Source: an uncultured Nitrospiraceae bacterium
GTDB taxonomy: Bacteria; Nitrospirota; Thermodesulfovibrionia; Thermodesulfovibrionales; Dissulfurispiraceae
DNA: 64,000 nt
Direction of reading: 5' to 3'
Assembly: GCA_963727805.1 (NCBI GenBank)
Contig: CAVSHF010000003.1
Coordinates: forward strand, 320,001-384,000
Position numbers and translations under genes: made by a program. Positions 33,537-43,776 of this stretch are shown piece by piece; the first letter of the stretch is position 1, and each line of letters begins with the position of its first letter. The notes beneath the pieces are model-generated. The model was not told where the DNA came from, did no database searches, and saw only the letters and a list, made by a program, of their open reading frames with translations.

Positions 33537-34856
33537 ATGGCTCTGTACACTAAAGAAGAAGCCTTAACGTATCACAGCACTTTTCCGCAAGGTAAGGTGG
33601 AGGTAGTCCCGGTCAAGCCCTGCATAACCCAGAAGCATTTATCCATGGCCTACTCGCCAGGCGTGGCAGAGGCTTGCCGCTCAATTGCGGCTGACCCGGC
33701 CGACGTCTACAAGTACACCAACAAAGGGAACCTGGTCGCCGTTGTTTCAAACGGGACTGCAATCCTTGGGCTTGGCAATCTTGGTCCATTGGCCGCCAAA
33801 CCGGTTATGGAGGGCAAGGGAGTTTTATTCAAGACCTTTGCCGATATAGACGTATATGACATCAATCTCGATGCCAAAGACCCCGATTTGATCATAAGTG
33901 TTTGCAAGGCGCTTGAACCGACCTTCGGAGGCATCAACTTGGAGGACATCAAGGCACCGGAATGTTTCTACATAGAAGAAAAGTTGAAGAAGGAGATGAA
34001 CATACCGGTGTTTCATGACGACCAGCACGGAACCGCTATTATCTCCGGAGCAGGCCTGATCAATGCAATGGAGATATCCGGAAAGAAGGTTGAAAACCTG
34101 AGGGTTGTGGTCTCGGGCGCCGGCGCGGCAGGTATCGCATGCTGCAAGTTCTACGTATCTTTGGGCGTTCCCCTCGAAAACATTGCGATGTTTGATAGTA
34201 AAGGTCATATTCATGCAGGCCGTACCGACCTCAACGAGCAGAAACGCTATTTTGCCACAAAGAACAAATATGATTCTCTTGCAGATGCGTTCAAGAGCGC
34301 TGATATGTTCCTTGGTCTCTCACAGGCGAATCTGGTGTCCCCCGAGATGGTCAAGAGCATGAACAAGAACCCGATCATTTTTGCCATGGCCAACCCCGAT
34401 CCTGAAATACCATACGCCGAAGCCAGGGCAGCACGTCCTGACCTTATCATGGGCACCGGCCGTTCGGATTTTCCGAACCAGGTGAACAACGTATCGGGCT
34501 TCCCGTATATTTTCCGCGGCGCTCTTGATGTAAGGGCTACATCAATCAATGAGGAGATGAAGCTAGCGGCTGCAAGGTCACTGGCTGCGTTAGCAAAGGA
34601 GCCCGTCCCTCAAGAGATGCTGGATGCATATAAGGTGAAGAAGCTGAGCTTCGGGATCGACTATGTAATTCCCAAGGCGCTCGATACCCGCATGCTCGTG
34701 TGGGAAGCGCCTGCAGTGGCCAAGGCTGCCATGGATACCGGCGTGGCACAGATCAAGATCGATCTGGAGCAGTATAAGAAGGACCTGCGCAAAAGGCTCG
34801 ACAATTCCCAAAAGCGCATTATCGAGTATGTCAAATCCTATAACTTTAACTTTTAG
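33537..34856 (+). CDS. NAD(P)-dependent malic enzyme (no PTA domain)
   Basis: [55 protein letters not shown]. Confidence 0.93.
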   Translation: MALYTKEEALTYHSTFPQGKVEVVPVKPCITQKHLSMAYSPGVAEACRSIAADPADVYKYTNKGNLVAVVSNGTAILGLGNLGPLAAKPVMEGKGVLFKTFADIDVYDINLDAKDPDLIISVCKALEPTFGGINLEDIKAPECFYIEEKLKKEMNIPVFHDDQHGTAIISGAGLINAMEISGKKVENLRVVVSGAGAAGIACCKFYVSLGVPLENIAMFDSKGHIHAGRTDLNEQKRYFATKNKYDSLADAFKSADMFLGLSQANLVSPEMVKSMNKNPIIFAMANPDPEIPYAEARAARPDLIMGTGRSDFPNQVNNVSGFPYIFRGALDVRATSINEEMKLAAARSLAALAKEPVPQEMLDAYKVKKLSFGIDYVIPKALDTRMLVWEAPAVAKAAMDTGVAQIKIDLEQYKKDLRKRLDNSQKRIIEYVKSYNFNF

Positions 34857-34879
34857 GTCGATTTAAATAGCTGTTCTCC

Positions 34880-34902
34880 CCCTGGCAACGCTGTTGCCAG
34901 GG
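34880..34902. terminator. Hairpin after the malic enzyme gene
   Basis: CCCTGGCAAC-GCT-GTTGCCAGGG perfect 10-bp stem; no clear U-tract. Confidence 0.45.
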
Positions 34903-35161
34903 CTGGATCTCTTCAAGCTCGTATGGGGCGCTGCTACGTCATTGTATTAACAATTCATTATATTGAGAATCCGCTAATCAATTGAGATTTGAAAAATATA
35001 CAATCCAATAGGGTAAAAAAGTCGCAATCATTGCTAATCATACTGATTTACCACACACCCTGCATATTTTATATCGCAATGTTAACTATTTTAAATTTCA
35101 TGTCTCAATCCAATAAAAGTTGCTGGCTAGGCAGTGGAATCTCTATTGAACAGAGAACGCT

Positions 35162-36034
35162 ATGCCTCTAGAAAAGCTTTATTCATGTGTTAAGAAAAAA
35201 AAGCTGGAAGAGGGGATCGCGTATATTATTACCGGGGATAAGCATCTTATCGAAGCGCAGATTTATCACGATGTGATAGTGCATGTCAAATCCCGTACGC
35301 TCTCGCATGAACACATAATCGACTCATTGCTCTTCGACAACATTAGTGAGGTCACTGAATCTCCATCAAGTATCAATCTTGATGATATTCAACCCGCGAT
35401 GATTGCAAGGACATTTCATGTGTGCTCCCCATTTGTCTTGACTGCCGATGATACGGTGGCGCAAAGGCTTTTGAGCTTAATGCGGCTACTGGGATATTTG
35501 GTCAAATCAGGTGCCGACGGTAATGCTGCATTTGATGTCGTCGCCGCAGCAATTTCTGGAGCTTATCCCAAATTCTCCTTGGAAAGCGCGATGATCAAGA
35601 AAAGGATTGATAATTTTTCGAATGAGTTTCTCATCGCTTACCCATTTCTTAACAGTGAACCGCTCCCCACTGACGGTCGCCTTATTCCTGGATGGGTTTT
35701 CAATAAGATAACGATACCGGACGGTCTATTTAAGGACATCTATATTTATTTCATATTTCTTGGCGAGATATTCGAGCCTGTATTCAGGACCACTGTCAAG
35801 AAGGAATCCGGATTTGGAGCTAAAGTTGGGCACGCCAGGATGTCGCGGGCCATTTACAGCGTCGCAGCAAAAAGCAAATCAGTCATCATATTCAAAGGGA
35901 CGTCGAAAGCGGGCGAATTGAATCTTCTGTGCCACGCAGAAAAGAAAATGGGCATACTCATAACGAAGACTGATTTGGATAAGCTCAGTATTAGAGATGG
36001 AGACACGGTAAGTCTTATTTTCAAGACAAAATAG
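35162..36034 (+). CDS. Hypothetical protein, possible C-terminal double-psi beta-barrel
   Basis: 290-aa ORF filling the gap; C-terminal GILI...LDKLSIRDGDTVSL pattern. Confidence 0.65.
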   Translation: MPLEKLYSCVKKKKLEEGIAYIITGDKHLIEAQIYHDVIVHVKSRTLSHEHIIDSLLFDNISEVTESPSSINLDDIQPAMIARTFHVCSPFVLTADDTVAQRLLSLMRLLGYLVKSGADGNAAFDVVAAAISGAYPKFSLESAMIKKRIDNFSNEFLIAYPFLNSEPLPTDGRLIPGWVFNKITIPDGLFKDIYIYFIFLGEIFEPVFRTTVKKESGFGAKVGHARMSRAIYSVAAKSKSVIIFKGTSKAGELNLLCHAEKKMGILITKTDLDKLSIRDGDTVSLIFKTK

Positions 36035-36046
36035 GGGGCTGAGAGA

Positions 36047-36277
36047 ATGGATTTCACTACTTTATTAAACCTTGGTCTGAGCTTGACGATTGTTTTCCTG
36101 GCCATCAAAAGGTATCTTCAATCGGAAGTCAAGGCTTTTGCATTTATCGGCATCGGTTTTTTTATGTTTGCCATATCGCATTTTTCTTTACTCATGGGAT
36201 GGGGATCTTATAAAACTCTCTTGTCGATTATACGGGCCGCGGGCTATATCTTAGTTGTCATCGGATTAATTTTTTAA
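36047..36277 (+). CDS. Small hypothetical membrane protein (3 TM)
   Basis: 76 aa with three hydrophobic segments; 12 nt after the previous stop. Confidence 0.7.
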   Translation: MDFTTLLNLGLSLTIVFLAIKRYLQSEVKAFAFIGIGFFMFAISHFSLLMGWGSYKTLLSIIRAAGYILVVIGLIF

Positions 36278-36357
36278 CTTCCAGGACAAGAAGCCTCTCT
36301 TGCGTATCTCTTTAACGGGCAGATATAATAGCTAAAATATAAAACAAGGGAAAAGCT

Positions 36358-37821
36358 ATGGCATACAAGGATTTAAGGGAGTTCCTCAATATACTTGAAA
36401 CGAATGGAGAGCTCCACCGGATCAAAGTCGAAGTTGACCCCATTCTCGAAATATCGGCTATCACTGACCGCATGTGTAAAAGTGCAGGTGGCGGGAAAGC
36501 CCTTTTTTTTGAAAAGGTAAAGGGGTCGTCGCATCCGGTGGTTACGAATATCTTCGGTTCTTTTAAAAGGATGTGTCTTTCCCTTGGTATTGGACACCTG
36601 GACGATGTTGCGCAAAGGATCGAAGAACTGCTGAACCAGGCTCCTCCGAAGACACTCATTGAGAAGCTCTCGATGCTACCGAAGCTATTCGAATTTTCCA
36701 GGTATCTCCCCAAAACGGTCAGGAATGCTCCATGCCAGGAAGTGATAGAGAAGGACGCTCCTGATTTGAGCAAATTCCCCATTCTTAAATGTTGGCCCGA
36801 TGATGGACAGCCCTCGGATGAAGGAAGGTTTATTACGCTCCCTATGGTCTTCACCAGAGACCCTGATACGGGCAGGCCTAACTGCGGCATGTACAGGATT
36901 CATGTCTATGATAAGAAGACCACTGGCATGCACTGGCATATCCATAAGGACGGAGCTAGGCATTATGATAAATACAAGGCACTGAATCAAAGGATGCCCG
37001 CTGCAATAGCTATTGGAAGCGATCCTGCTGTGATATATGCTGCTACAGCCCCGCTTCCTGAGGCAGTTGATGAAATGCTATTTGCAGGCTTCCTCCGGAA
37101 AGAGCCGGTTGAGATGGTCAAGTGCATCACTTCTGACATCGAGGTGCCGGCAAACAGTGAACTCGTGATAGAAGGTTATCTCGATCCTAGCGAAACGCGT
37201 CTTGAAGGACCCTTTGGTGACCATACGGGATTTTATTCCGCTGCCGATTACTACCCTGTATTCCATATAACCTGCATTTCTCACAGAAAAGATATGATTT
37301 ATCCTGCAACGATAGTTGGCAAACCGCCCATGGAAGACTGTTATATGGGTAAGGCGACAGAGAGAATATTCTTGCCGCTTATGAAGCTCGATTTCTCTGA
37401 GATTAAGGATATCAACCTCCCTATGGAGGGGGTATTCCATAATGCTTGTCTCATATCGATCAGAAAGAGCTATCCGGGTCAGGCAAAAAAGGTTATACAC
37501 GGTCTATGGGGCAAGGGGCAGATGATGTTCGCCAAACTCTTGATTGTCGTCGACGAGGATGTGGACGTACAGGATATTTCCTATACGGCCTGGCGTGTGC
37601 TGAATAATGTTGACTGGAAGAGAGATGTTGTTATTGCGGAAGGTCCTCTTGATGACCTCGATCATGCAGCCAGTTTCCCGCGCTACGGCGCCAAGATGGG
37701 AATCGATGCAACCCGCAAAACACGGGAAGAAGGCATGATGAGGGAATGGCCGCAGGAACTGTTCATGTCGGAAGAGATTAGGCGTCATGTGGATAAGAGA
37801 TGGAAAGAGTATGGATTCTAG
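36358..37821 (+). CDS. UbiD-family decarboxylase (menaquinone biosynthesis decarboxylase-like)
   Basis: DLREF...LE..GEL, N.GMYR, MHW..HK.G, EGPFGDHTG.Y, GKPPMED, KMGIDAT.K. Confidence 0.88.
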   Translation: MAYKDLREFLNILETNGELHRIKVEVDPILEISAITDRMCKSAGGGKALFFEKVKGSSHPVVTNIFGSFKRMCLSLGIGHLDDVAQRIEELLNQAPPKTLIEKLSMLPKLFEFSRYLPKTVRNAPCQEVIEKDAPDLSKFPILKCWPDDGQPSDEGRFITLPMVFTRDPDTGRPNCGMYRIHVYDKKTTGMHWHIHKDGARHYDKYKALNQRMPAAIAIGSDPAVIYAATAPLPEAVDEMLFAGFLRKEPVEMVKCITSDIEVPANSELVIEGYLDPSETRLEGPFGDHTGFYSAADYYPVFHITCISHRKDMIYPATIVGKPPMEDCYMGKATERIFLPLMKLDFSEIKDINLPMEGVFHNACLISIRKSYPGQAKKVIHGLWGKGQMMFAKLLIVVDEDVDVQDISYTAWRVLNNVDWKRDVVIAEGPLDDLDHAASFPRYGAKMGIDATRKTREEGMMREWPQELFMSEEIRRHVDKRWKEYGF

Positions 37822-37836
37822 TTTGTAAAGTAAGCA

Positions 37837-38958
37837 ATGGATAAAGACCTGCAGACAGCTACCGAGAGCGATATTTTTTTTATGAGACGTGCCTTGAGAC
37901 TCGCCGAAAAAGCGAAGGGGATGACGAGCCCTAATCCGCTGGTGGGAGCAGTCTTAGTCAAAAACGGCAGGATCATTGCGGAGGACTTTCATAAGAAGGC
38001 GGGGGAACTTCATGCCGAGGCACTGGTCCTAGCGAAAGCGCAGGAAAGAGCCAAAAACGCTACACTTTACGTGACTCTTGAGCCTTGCTGCCATACCGAC
38101 AAGAGGACACCTCCCTGCACTTTCGCGATTATCAATGCAGGTATTAAAAAAGTTTTCGTCACCATGAAAGACCCCAATCCTAAGGTATTTGGGAAAGGCA
38201 TACAGGAACTTCGCAATCACGGTATAACAGTGGTTGAAGGTGTTCTCGAAGGGCAGGCGAGAAAGCTCAATGAAGTTTATTATAAATATATCAAAACGAA
38301 GAGGCCATTTGTCATTTTAAAAACGGCCATGACCCTCGATGGAAAGATCGCTACTCCCGAAGGACAATCAAAATGGATAACAGGTGACAGAGCGCGAGCT
38401 TTTGTTCACCGTCTACGATGTGGTGTCGACGCCGTGATGACCGCTGTTGGCACCGTAAAGGCTGACAATCCGGAACTGACCGCCCGCCTCAAATGCAGCA
38501 GACAACCTTTAAGGATCATCATCGACCCTGATCTCGAAACGCCGCTCGATTATAAAGTCTGTAAAACGCCTCCCTGTACTATTTTTGTGACACGGCATCG
38601 ACAACAGGAGAATCAAAAGAAAGCGGAGCTTCACGAAAGGGGTATTCAATTTGTTGAATATGAAGGTCGCAAGGTCGATCTGTCATGGCTGATGGAACAC
38701 CTGGGCAAAATGGGTATTACATCGGTACTAATAGAAGCAGGGTCTTCCTTTAATGCCAGTGCTTTGACAGCGGGAGTTGTTGATAAAGTCATATTCTTCA
38801 TAGCCCCAAAGATTATCTGCGGAAGGGCTTCTATTCAGGTAGTTGGTGGTGAATCTTTTTTTAAACTCGAAGATGCTCTGAATATGTCGGACGTCACCGT
38901 CAGAAAGGTCGGCGAGGACATCATGGTTGAGGGATATATTACGCATTCCACGGCTTAG
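37837..38958 (+). CDS. ribD: Riboflavin biosynthesis deaminase/reductase
   Basis: PNPLVGAV, HAE, TLEPCCH...TPPC, DPNP, TLDGKIA, SKWITG, DNP.LT.R. Confidence 0.96.
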   Translation: MDKDLQTATESDIFFMRRALRLAEKAKGMTSPNPLVGAVLVKNGRIIAEDFHKKAGELHAEALVLAKAQERAKNATLYVTLEPCCHTDKRTPPCTFAIINAGIKKVFVTMKDPNPKVFGKGIQELRNHGITVVEGVLEGQARKLNEVYYKYIKTKRPFVILKTAMTLDGKIATPEGQSKWITGDRARAFVHRLRCGVDAVMTAVGTVKADNPELTARLKCSRQPLRIIIDPDLETPLDYKVCKTPPCTIFVTRHRQQENQKKAELHERGIQFVEYEGRKVDLSWLMEHLGKMGITSVLIEAGSSFNASALTAGVVDKVIFFIAPKIICGRASIQVVGGESFFKLEDALNMSDVTVRKVGEDIMVEGYITHSTA

Positions 38959-38993
38959 AGGGTATTTCGAGTGCCTTCAAACGTGCCTGCCGA

Positions 38994-41102
38994 TTATTTA
39001 AAATAAATATTCTGTTCGATCAAAAGCCGCGTTATATCGGCAGCGAGAATTGCCGGGCTGTATAAAAAACCCTGGAATTCGTCGCAGCCCTGCTCGCTAA
39101 GCATGCGGAATTGCTCTTCTGTCTCCACCCCTTCCGCAACAACTTTCAGTTTCAGCGAATGGGCGAGCGCGATAATTGCTTTCACGATTTCGGCGGTGTC
39201 TGAGCTTATTGTCATATCTTTGATGAGGTCTTGGGCGATATTCAGTGCATCTATCGGAAAACGTCTGAGATGACTAAGAGATGAATATCCTGTTCCGAAA
39301 TTATCGACCGATATTTTTATGCCTATGGCTTTAAGTTTATTTAAAATTGCAGTCGTTGCGTCAACGTCATGCATAAGGGCATTCTCGGTAATCTCGAGAT
39401 TGACGCAGCAGGGGTCGAGCCCTATTTCCCCAACTATTCTTTTTACATCGGAGACCAATTCGTTCTGCTTGAACTCAAGGACCGAGAGATTGACAGAAAC
39501 GCATGAGGACAAACCGGCTTTTTTCCATGACATAGCCTGACCGCATGCGCTGCGGAAAACCCATTCTCCCATCGGAACGTTAACCCCAATTTCCTCAGCA
39601 ATCGAGATGACTTGTGCTACGGGTATGTCCAGGATATCGCTGGGATGCCAGCGCAGCAACGCTTCCGCTCCGACGATTCTGCCACTACTGATCTCGTATC
39701 TCGGCTGGTAATGTAGTATGAATTCATTATCATTCAATGCCTTTTTGATCCGATTTTCGATGGATAGGCGGTCTTTAATGTGGATATTCATGGATTCATC
39801 AAAAAACTGAAAGTTATTTCTCCCCCTGATTTTTGCGTGATACATAGCGGTATCGGCGTTACGTATGAGGATATCAATGTCTTCTCCGTCGAGAGGATAA
39901 AAGGCAATCCCGATGCTGGCGGTGATGAACAGTTCTTGGGCAGAGATTAAAAAGGGCTTGGAGAGTTCTTCGAGTATGCGATAGGCGACTTTAGCGACAT
40001 CTTCAGGCTTCTTGATATCAGTGAGCAGAAGCGTAAATTCATCCCCGCCCATACGGGCTACCAGGTCTCCAATGTCCTCGTTGCCGATATGGGCAACCAT
40101 ATCGCTACGGCGCATGCCGCTTATGATCCTGTCGGCGATGGCCTGCAGCAGGAGATCACCTATCTTGTGACCGAGGGTGTCATTAATTAGCTTAAACCGG
40201 TCTAGATCGAGAAAAAGGACTGCGCAGAGTTTTCTCGTTTGTCCTGCTGCTGCGAGTGAGTGGGCAAGATGCTCTCTGAAAAGATTCATGTTCGGCAGGC
40301 GTGTGAGCGAATCGTGATACGCCATATATCGGATATGGTTCTCGGCAGTTGTTCGTTTTGTTATATCGCGCATAAGCATAAGTACCTCATTCTCGCCGCA
40401 TACGACAATGCGAGCCTCGAAATACCGGTCGGTGCTACCCACGGAGATGTGGTATTCGAATGTCTGGTGTTCGCGTGTTTCACGCGCCATGTCCATCGCT
40501 TCCCTGACCTTATCTGCAAGTTCCTGCCGGAATACTTCAGTCACGTGCTTCCCAATCACCTCTTCCGGTCGAACGAGTAAGTCAATATCCAGCCCTGCCT
40601 TGCAATCGAGAAATAGGCCTTGCCGGTCGATTTGGAACATTGAATCCGGAATTGCATTAATAAGTGCCCTGTTTTTTATCTCGCTCCTTACCAGGTTATC
40701 GAAGGTTTCACTCGCCCTCAGCATATACAGGAGTCGGTGTCCGAGGATTGTCCAGTTGATAGGCTTTGTCATAAAATCGGTGCCGCCAGCGTCAAAAGCG
40801 CGCTCAATCGATTCGATATCGTTCCGTCCGGTAATCATCAGGACAGGGATACGCTCTCCCCCAGACATTTTTCTCAATTCGGAACAGACGCTTATCCCAT
40901 CCATCCCCGGCAATATGAAATCGAGGATCACTATATCGGGTTTTCGCGTTTTAAGAAAAGATAGGGCTTTAAGGCCATCTTTGGCCTCTTCTACGGAAAA
41001 CCCCGAAAGTTCCAGCGTAGCGCGGGCTATGTCGCGTATGGCCGCGTCATCATCCACGATAAGTACGGTAGGTTTCTTGAATGTCATGTGACCGATTGTC
41101 AT
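38994..41102 (-). CDS. REC-PAS-GGDEF-EAL protein
   Basis: LIVDDD..LD..LPG..KP; PAS; HDSLT.LPN, DLDRFK.INDTLGH, GGDEF; YQP, EALLRW, VAEGVET. Confidence 0.93.
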   Translation of the reverse strand: MTIGHMTFKKPTVLIVDDDAAIRDIARATLELSGFSVEEAKDGLKALSFLKTRKPDIVILDFILPGMDGISVCSELRKMSGGERIPVLMITGRNDIESIERAFDAGGTDFMTKPINWTILGHRLLYMLRASETFDNLVRSEIKNRALINAIPDSMFQIDRQGLFLDCKAGLDIDLLVRPEEVIGKHVTEVFRQELADKVREAMDMARETREHQTFEYHISVGSTDRYFEARIVVCGENEVLMLMRDITKRTTAENHIRYMAYHDSLTRLPNMNLFREHLAHSLAAAGQTRKLCAVLFLDLDRFKLINDTLGHKIGDLLLQAIADRIISGMRRSDMVAHIGNEDIGDLVARMGGDEFTLLLTDIKKPEDVAKVAYRILEELSKPFLISAQELFITASIGIAFYPLDGEDIDILIRNADTAMYHAKIRGRNNFQFFDESMNIHIKDRLSIENRIKKALNDNEFILHYQPRYEISSGRIVGAEALLRWHPSDILDIPVAQVISIAEEIGVNVPMGEWVFRSACGQAMSWKKAGLSSCVSVNLSVLEFKQNELVSDVKRIVGEIGLDPCCVNLEITENALMHDVDATTAILNKLKAIGIKISVDNFGTGYSSLSHLRRFPIDALNIAQDLIKDMTISSDTAEIVKAIIALAHSLKLKVVAEGVETEEQFRMLSEQGCDEFQGFLYSPAILAADITRLLIEQNIYFK

Positions 41103-41240
41103 ACGCGCTCCTATCTGATCTTATCACACTCCAGTAGAGAATCTGAAAAATACGAGAGGGTGTTTCTTGCTTGACCGTGAGGCTTCTCCGGCTTCAATGT
41201 TTGCGGCAATCTAGGCGGTAATCATGTACAATACGTTTAG

Positions 41241-42380
41241 ATGATCCATTATCTCTATATCCATATTCCCTTCTGCCTTAAGAAATGCATTTACTGCGAT
41301 TTTTACTCAGTGCCTGATAGTGTTCCACTCATTGAGGCTTATGTTGAGGCACTCTGCAAGGAGATCGATATGAGGGGCAACCAGATTAACGTGCTTGAGG
41401 CTATTTATATAGGTGGCGGAACACCCTCTCTTCTTAAGGAAAAAGATATTGCAAAAATAATGGGCAAGCTGAAAGGAGAGTGGCGCTTAAGCAGTAAAGT
41501 GGAAATTACCTCCGAGGTTAATCCTGGCACCCTGTCCGACAAAGGTATTAAGGCCATGCTCGATTCAGGCATAAACAGAATCAGCATCGGGGTTCAATCG
41601 CTTGATGACAAAGCATTAAGGCTTCTCGGCAGAATGCATGACGCCGCCGATGCCATAAGAGCACTCCGTGATGCACAAAGAGGAGGCTTTAGAAACATTT
41701 CAGTTGATCTAATCTATGGAATACCAGGACAGGATAACAAGAGTTGGAAAACAACTCTGGACGAGATTGCTCGTCTCCGTCCCGAACATGTCTCTACTTA
41801 TGAACTGACCCCCGAAAAAGACACTCTCCTTCATGAGCAATTGGAGAAGGACAACCTTTGTTTGCCTGATGAGAATACTGTAGCCGAAATGTACTATAGT
41901 GCAATTGATACGCTTGAAGCCTGCGGCTATGGACATTATGAGATATCCAATTTTGCACTTCCCGGTTATGAATGCCGCAATAATCTTAATTACTGGGATA
42001 GGGGTGAATACATTGGCATAGGTGCGGGTGCGCATTCTTTTCGCAATGGTATGAGGTTCGCCAATGTTGGTGACGTGGAAAGCTATATGAATGCGATAAA
42101 TGAAGACAGGCTTCCAGTGACCGAAGAGATGGTCCTTACTCCGCAGGATACGGTTAAAGAAACACTTTTCCTCGGCTTAAGAAAGAAGGAAGGAATTGAG
42201 CTCAGTGAAATGCCAGCTGAAACGGTAGAAAAGATGAAAGAGACCCTGGGGAATCTTGTTCTCCAGGATCTAATCGAGCCTTCTGACAATCGCATTAAAC
42301 TGACGCGAAAAGGACTCCTCCTCTGTAACGAAGTTATTGTCCGGCTAATGTTATGTATTGAACGAAGCCGCCTCGCATGA
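41241..42380 (+). CDS. hemW: Radical SAM heme chaperone HemW
   Basis: LYIHIPFC..KC.YCDF, GGGTPS, NRISIGVQS, DLIYG.PGQ, YEISNFA, NLNYW. Confidence 0.88.
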   Translation: MIHYLYIHIPFCLKKCIYCDFYSVPDSVPLIEAYVEALCKEIDMRGNQINVLEAIYIGGGTPSLLKEKDIAKIMGKLKGEWRLSSKVEITSEVNPGTLSDKGIKAMLDSGINRISIGVQSLDDKALRLLGRMHDAADAIRALRDAQRGGFRNISVDLIYGIPGQDNKSWKTTLDEIARLRPEHVSTYELTPEKDTLLHEQLEKDNLCLPDENTVAEMYYSAIDTLEACGYGHYEISNFALPGYECRNNLNYWDRGEYIGIGAGAHSFRNGMRFANVGDVESYMNAINEDRLPVTEEMVLTPQDTVKETLFLGLRKKEGIELSEMPAETVEKMKETLGNLVLQDLIEPSDNRIKLTRKGLLLCNEVIVRLMLCIERSRLA

Positions 42381-43761
42381 CAAGCAGAAGGACGTCATCT
42401 TTTTGAGATATCTTCGAGGTCGCCTCCTTGAATGCAATTAGGCTGTCCACAGGCTTCTTATTGACTTCCATAACGATATCTCCCCTCTTTAGAACGCCGA
42501 GGGCACGGCTCTCTTCGTCGACATTCATGACGACGACTCCCTGAATGTCGCGGGTGATCCCCAACTGCTGTAAGATGTCAGCGTTCAGATCCTGCACTGT
42601 TACACCCTTTAAGGCATTGTTACTTTCTGTCAGTGGAGCGGCCACGGTCTCAGTGGGTAATTCGGTGATCACTACAGGTAGGATTAGTGGGCTGCCGTCT
42701 CTGAAGATCTTTATCTCGACCATCTTTCCCGGTTTTGAAGAGGCAACCAGATTTTTTAACTGAAAGGGGTTATCAAGGTCCTTATTGTCGAAGCCGACTA
42801 TGACATCGCCTCTTTTAATACCTCCTTTATCGGCAGGCCCCCCTTCGGTGACATCGACAACCAGAATCCCCTTGTCGTGTTTCATTCGGAATTGCTTTGC
42901 GAGATTTGCGGTAAGCGGTTGTACCTGGACACCCAAGTAGCCCCGTACGACCTTGCCCTGGCTAATAATGCTGTCCATGACGTTTTTCGCCATACTGGAC
43001 GGGATTGCAAAGCCTATGCCCTGATTGCCGCCAGACGTGCTGAATATGGCGTCATTGATGCCGATCAATTCCCCTCTTGAATTAATCAGTGCTCCACCCG
43101 AATTGCCCGGATTGATTGAGGCGTCGGTCTGGATGAAGTCTTCATAGTCGACGAGTCCCATACCTGCCCTACCGGTGGCACTCACAATCCCCATGGTAAC
43201 GGTCTGGTTGAGACCGTAAGGGTTCCCTATTGCAATAACGACCGCGCCAGTCCTGAGTTTGTCAGAATCACCCCAGGCAACAGTAGGAAGGTTCTCGGCG
43301 GTGATCTTGATAATGGCGATATCTGTCCGTGAATCGAGACCAACTATCTTTCCCTTGAACTCCCGGCTGTCATTTAGCCTTACGACGATGTCTTCGGCGC
43401 CTTCAATCACATGATTGCACGTTACGATATATCCGTCTGGGGTTGCGATAACACCTGAACCGAGGCTGAAGACCTTCTGTTTTTGGGTTCGGCCTTCTCC
43501 AAAAAATTTTCTGAATAGGGGATCGTCAAATGGAAGACGCGGTGTTTTGACAGTCTTGGAGGTCGAGATATTTACGACAGCCGGGTTGACTCTCTCCGAT
43601 ACTCTGGACATAGCATCTCCGAGTTGAGAAAGAATGTCAGATGACACATCCGGATCAGGAGTAGCCGCGAACAGCGTCTGCGGCAGTAACAGACAGGCTG
43701 CCAGAATGAAAGATGCAGTGAGCAATAGAAGGTTTTTTATCCGAGGCCTGGAAAAATTCAT
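42334..43761 (-). CDS. Do/DegQ-family periplasmic serine protease with two PDZ domains
   Basis: Signal peptide, SLGSGVI, NHVI, TDIA, IQTDASINPGNSGG, GIGFAIP, RGYLGV. Confidence 0.93.
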   Translation of the reverse strand: MNFSRPRIKNLLLLTASFILAACLLLPQTLFAATPDPDVSSDILSQLGDAMSRVSERVNPAVVNISTSKTVKTPRLPFDDPLFRKFFGEGRTQKQKVFSLGSGVIATPDGYIVTCNHVIEGAEDIVVRLNDSREFKGKIVGLDSRTDIAIIKITAENLPTVAWGDSDKLRTGAVVIAIGNPYGLNQTVTMGIVSATGRAGMGLVDYEDFIQTDASINPGNSGGALINSRGELIGINDAIFSTSGGNQGIGFAIPSSMAKNVMDSIISQGKVVRGYLGVQVQPLTANLAKQFRMKHDKGILVVDVTEGGPADKGGIKRGDVIVGFDNKDLDNPFQLKNLVASSKPGKMVEIKIFRDGSPLILPVVITELPTETVAAPLTESNNALKGVTVQDLNADILQQLGITRDIQGVVVMNVDEESRALGVLKRGDIVMEVNKKPVDSLIAFKEATSKISQKDDVLLLVMRGGFVQYITLAGQ

Positions 43762-43776
43762 TTGATCCTCCTTGAA

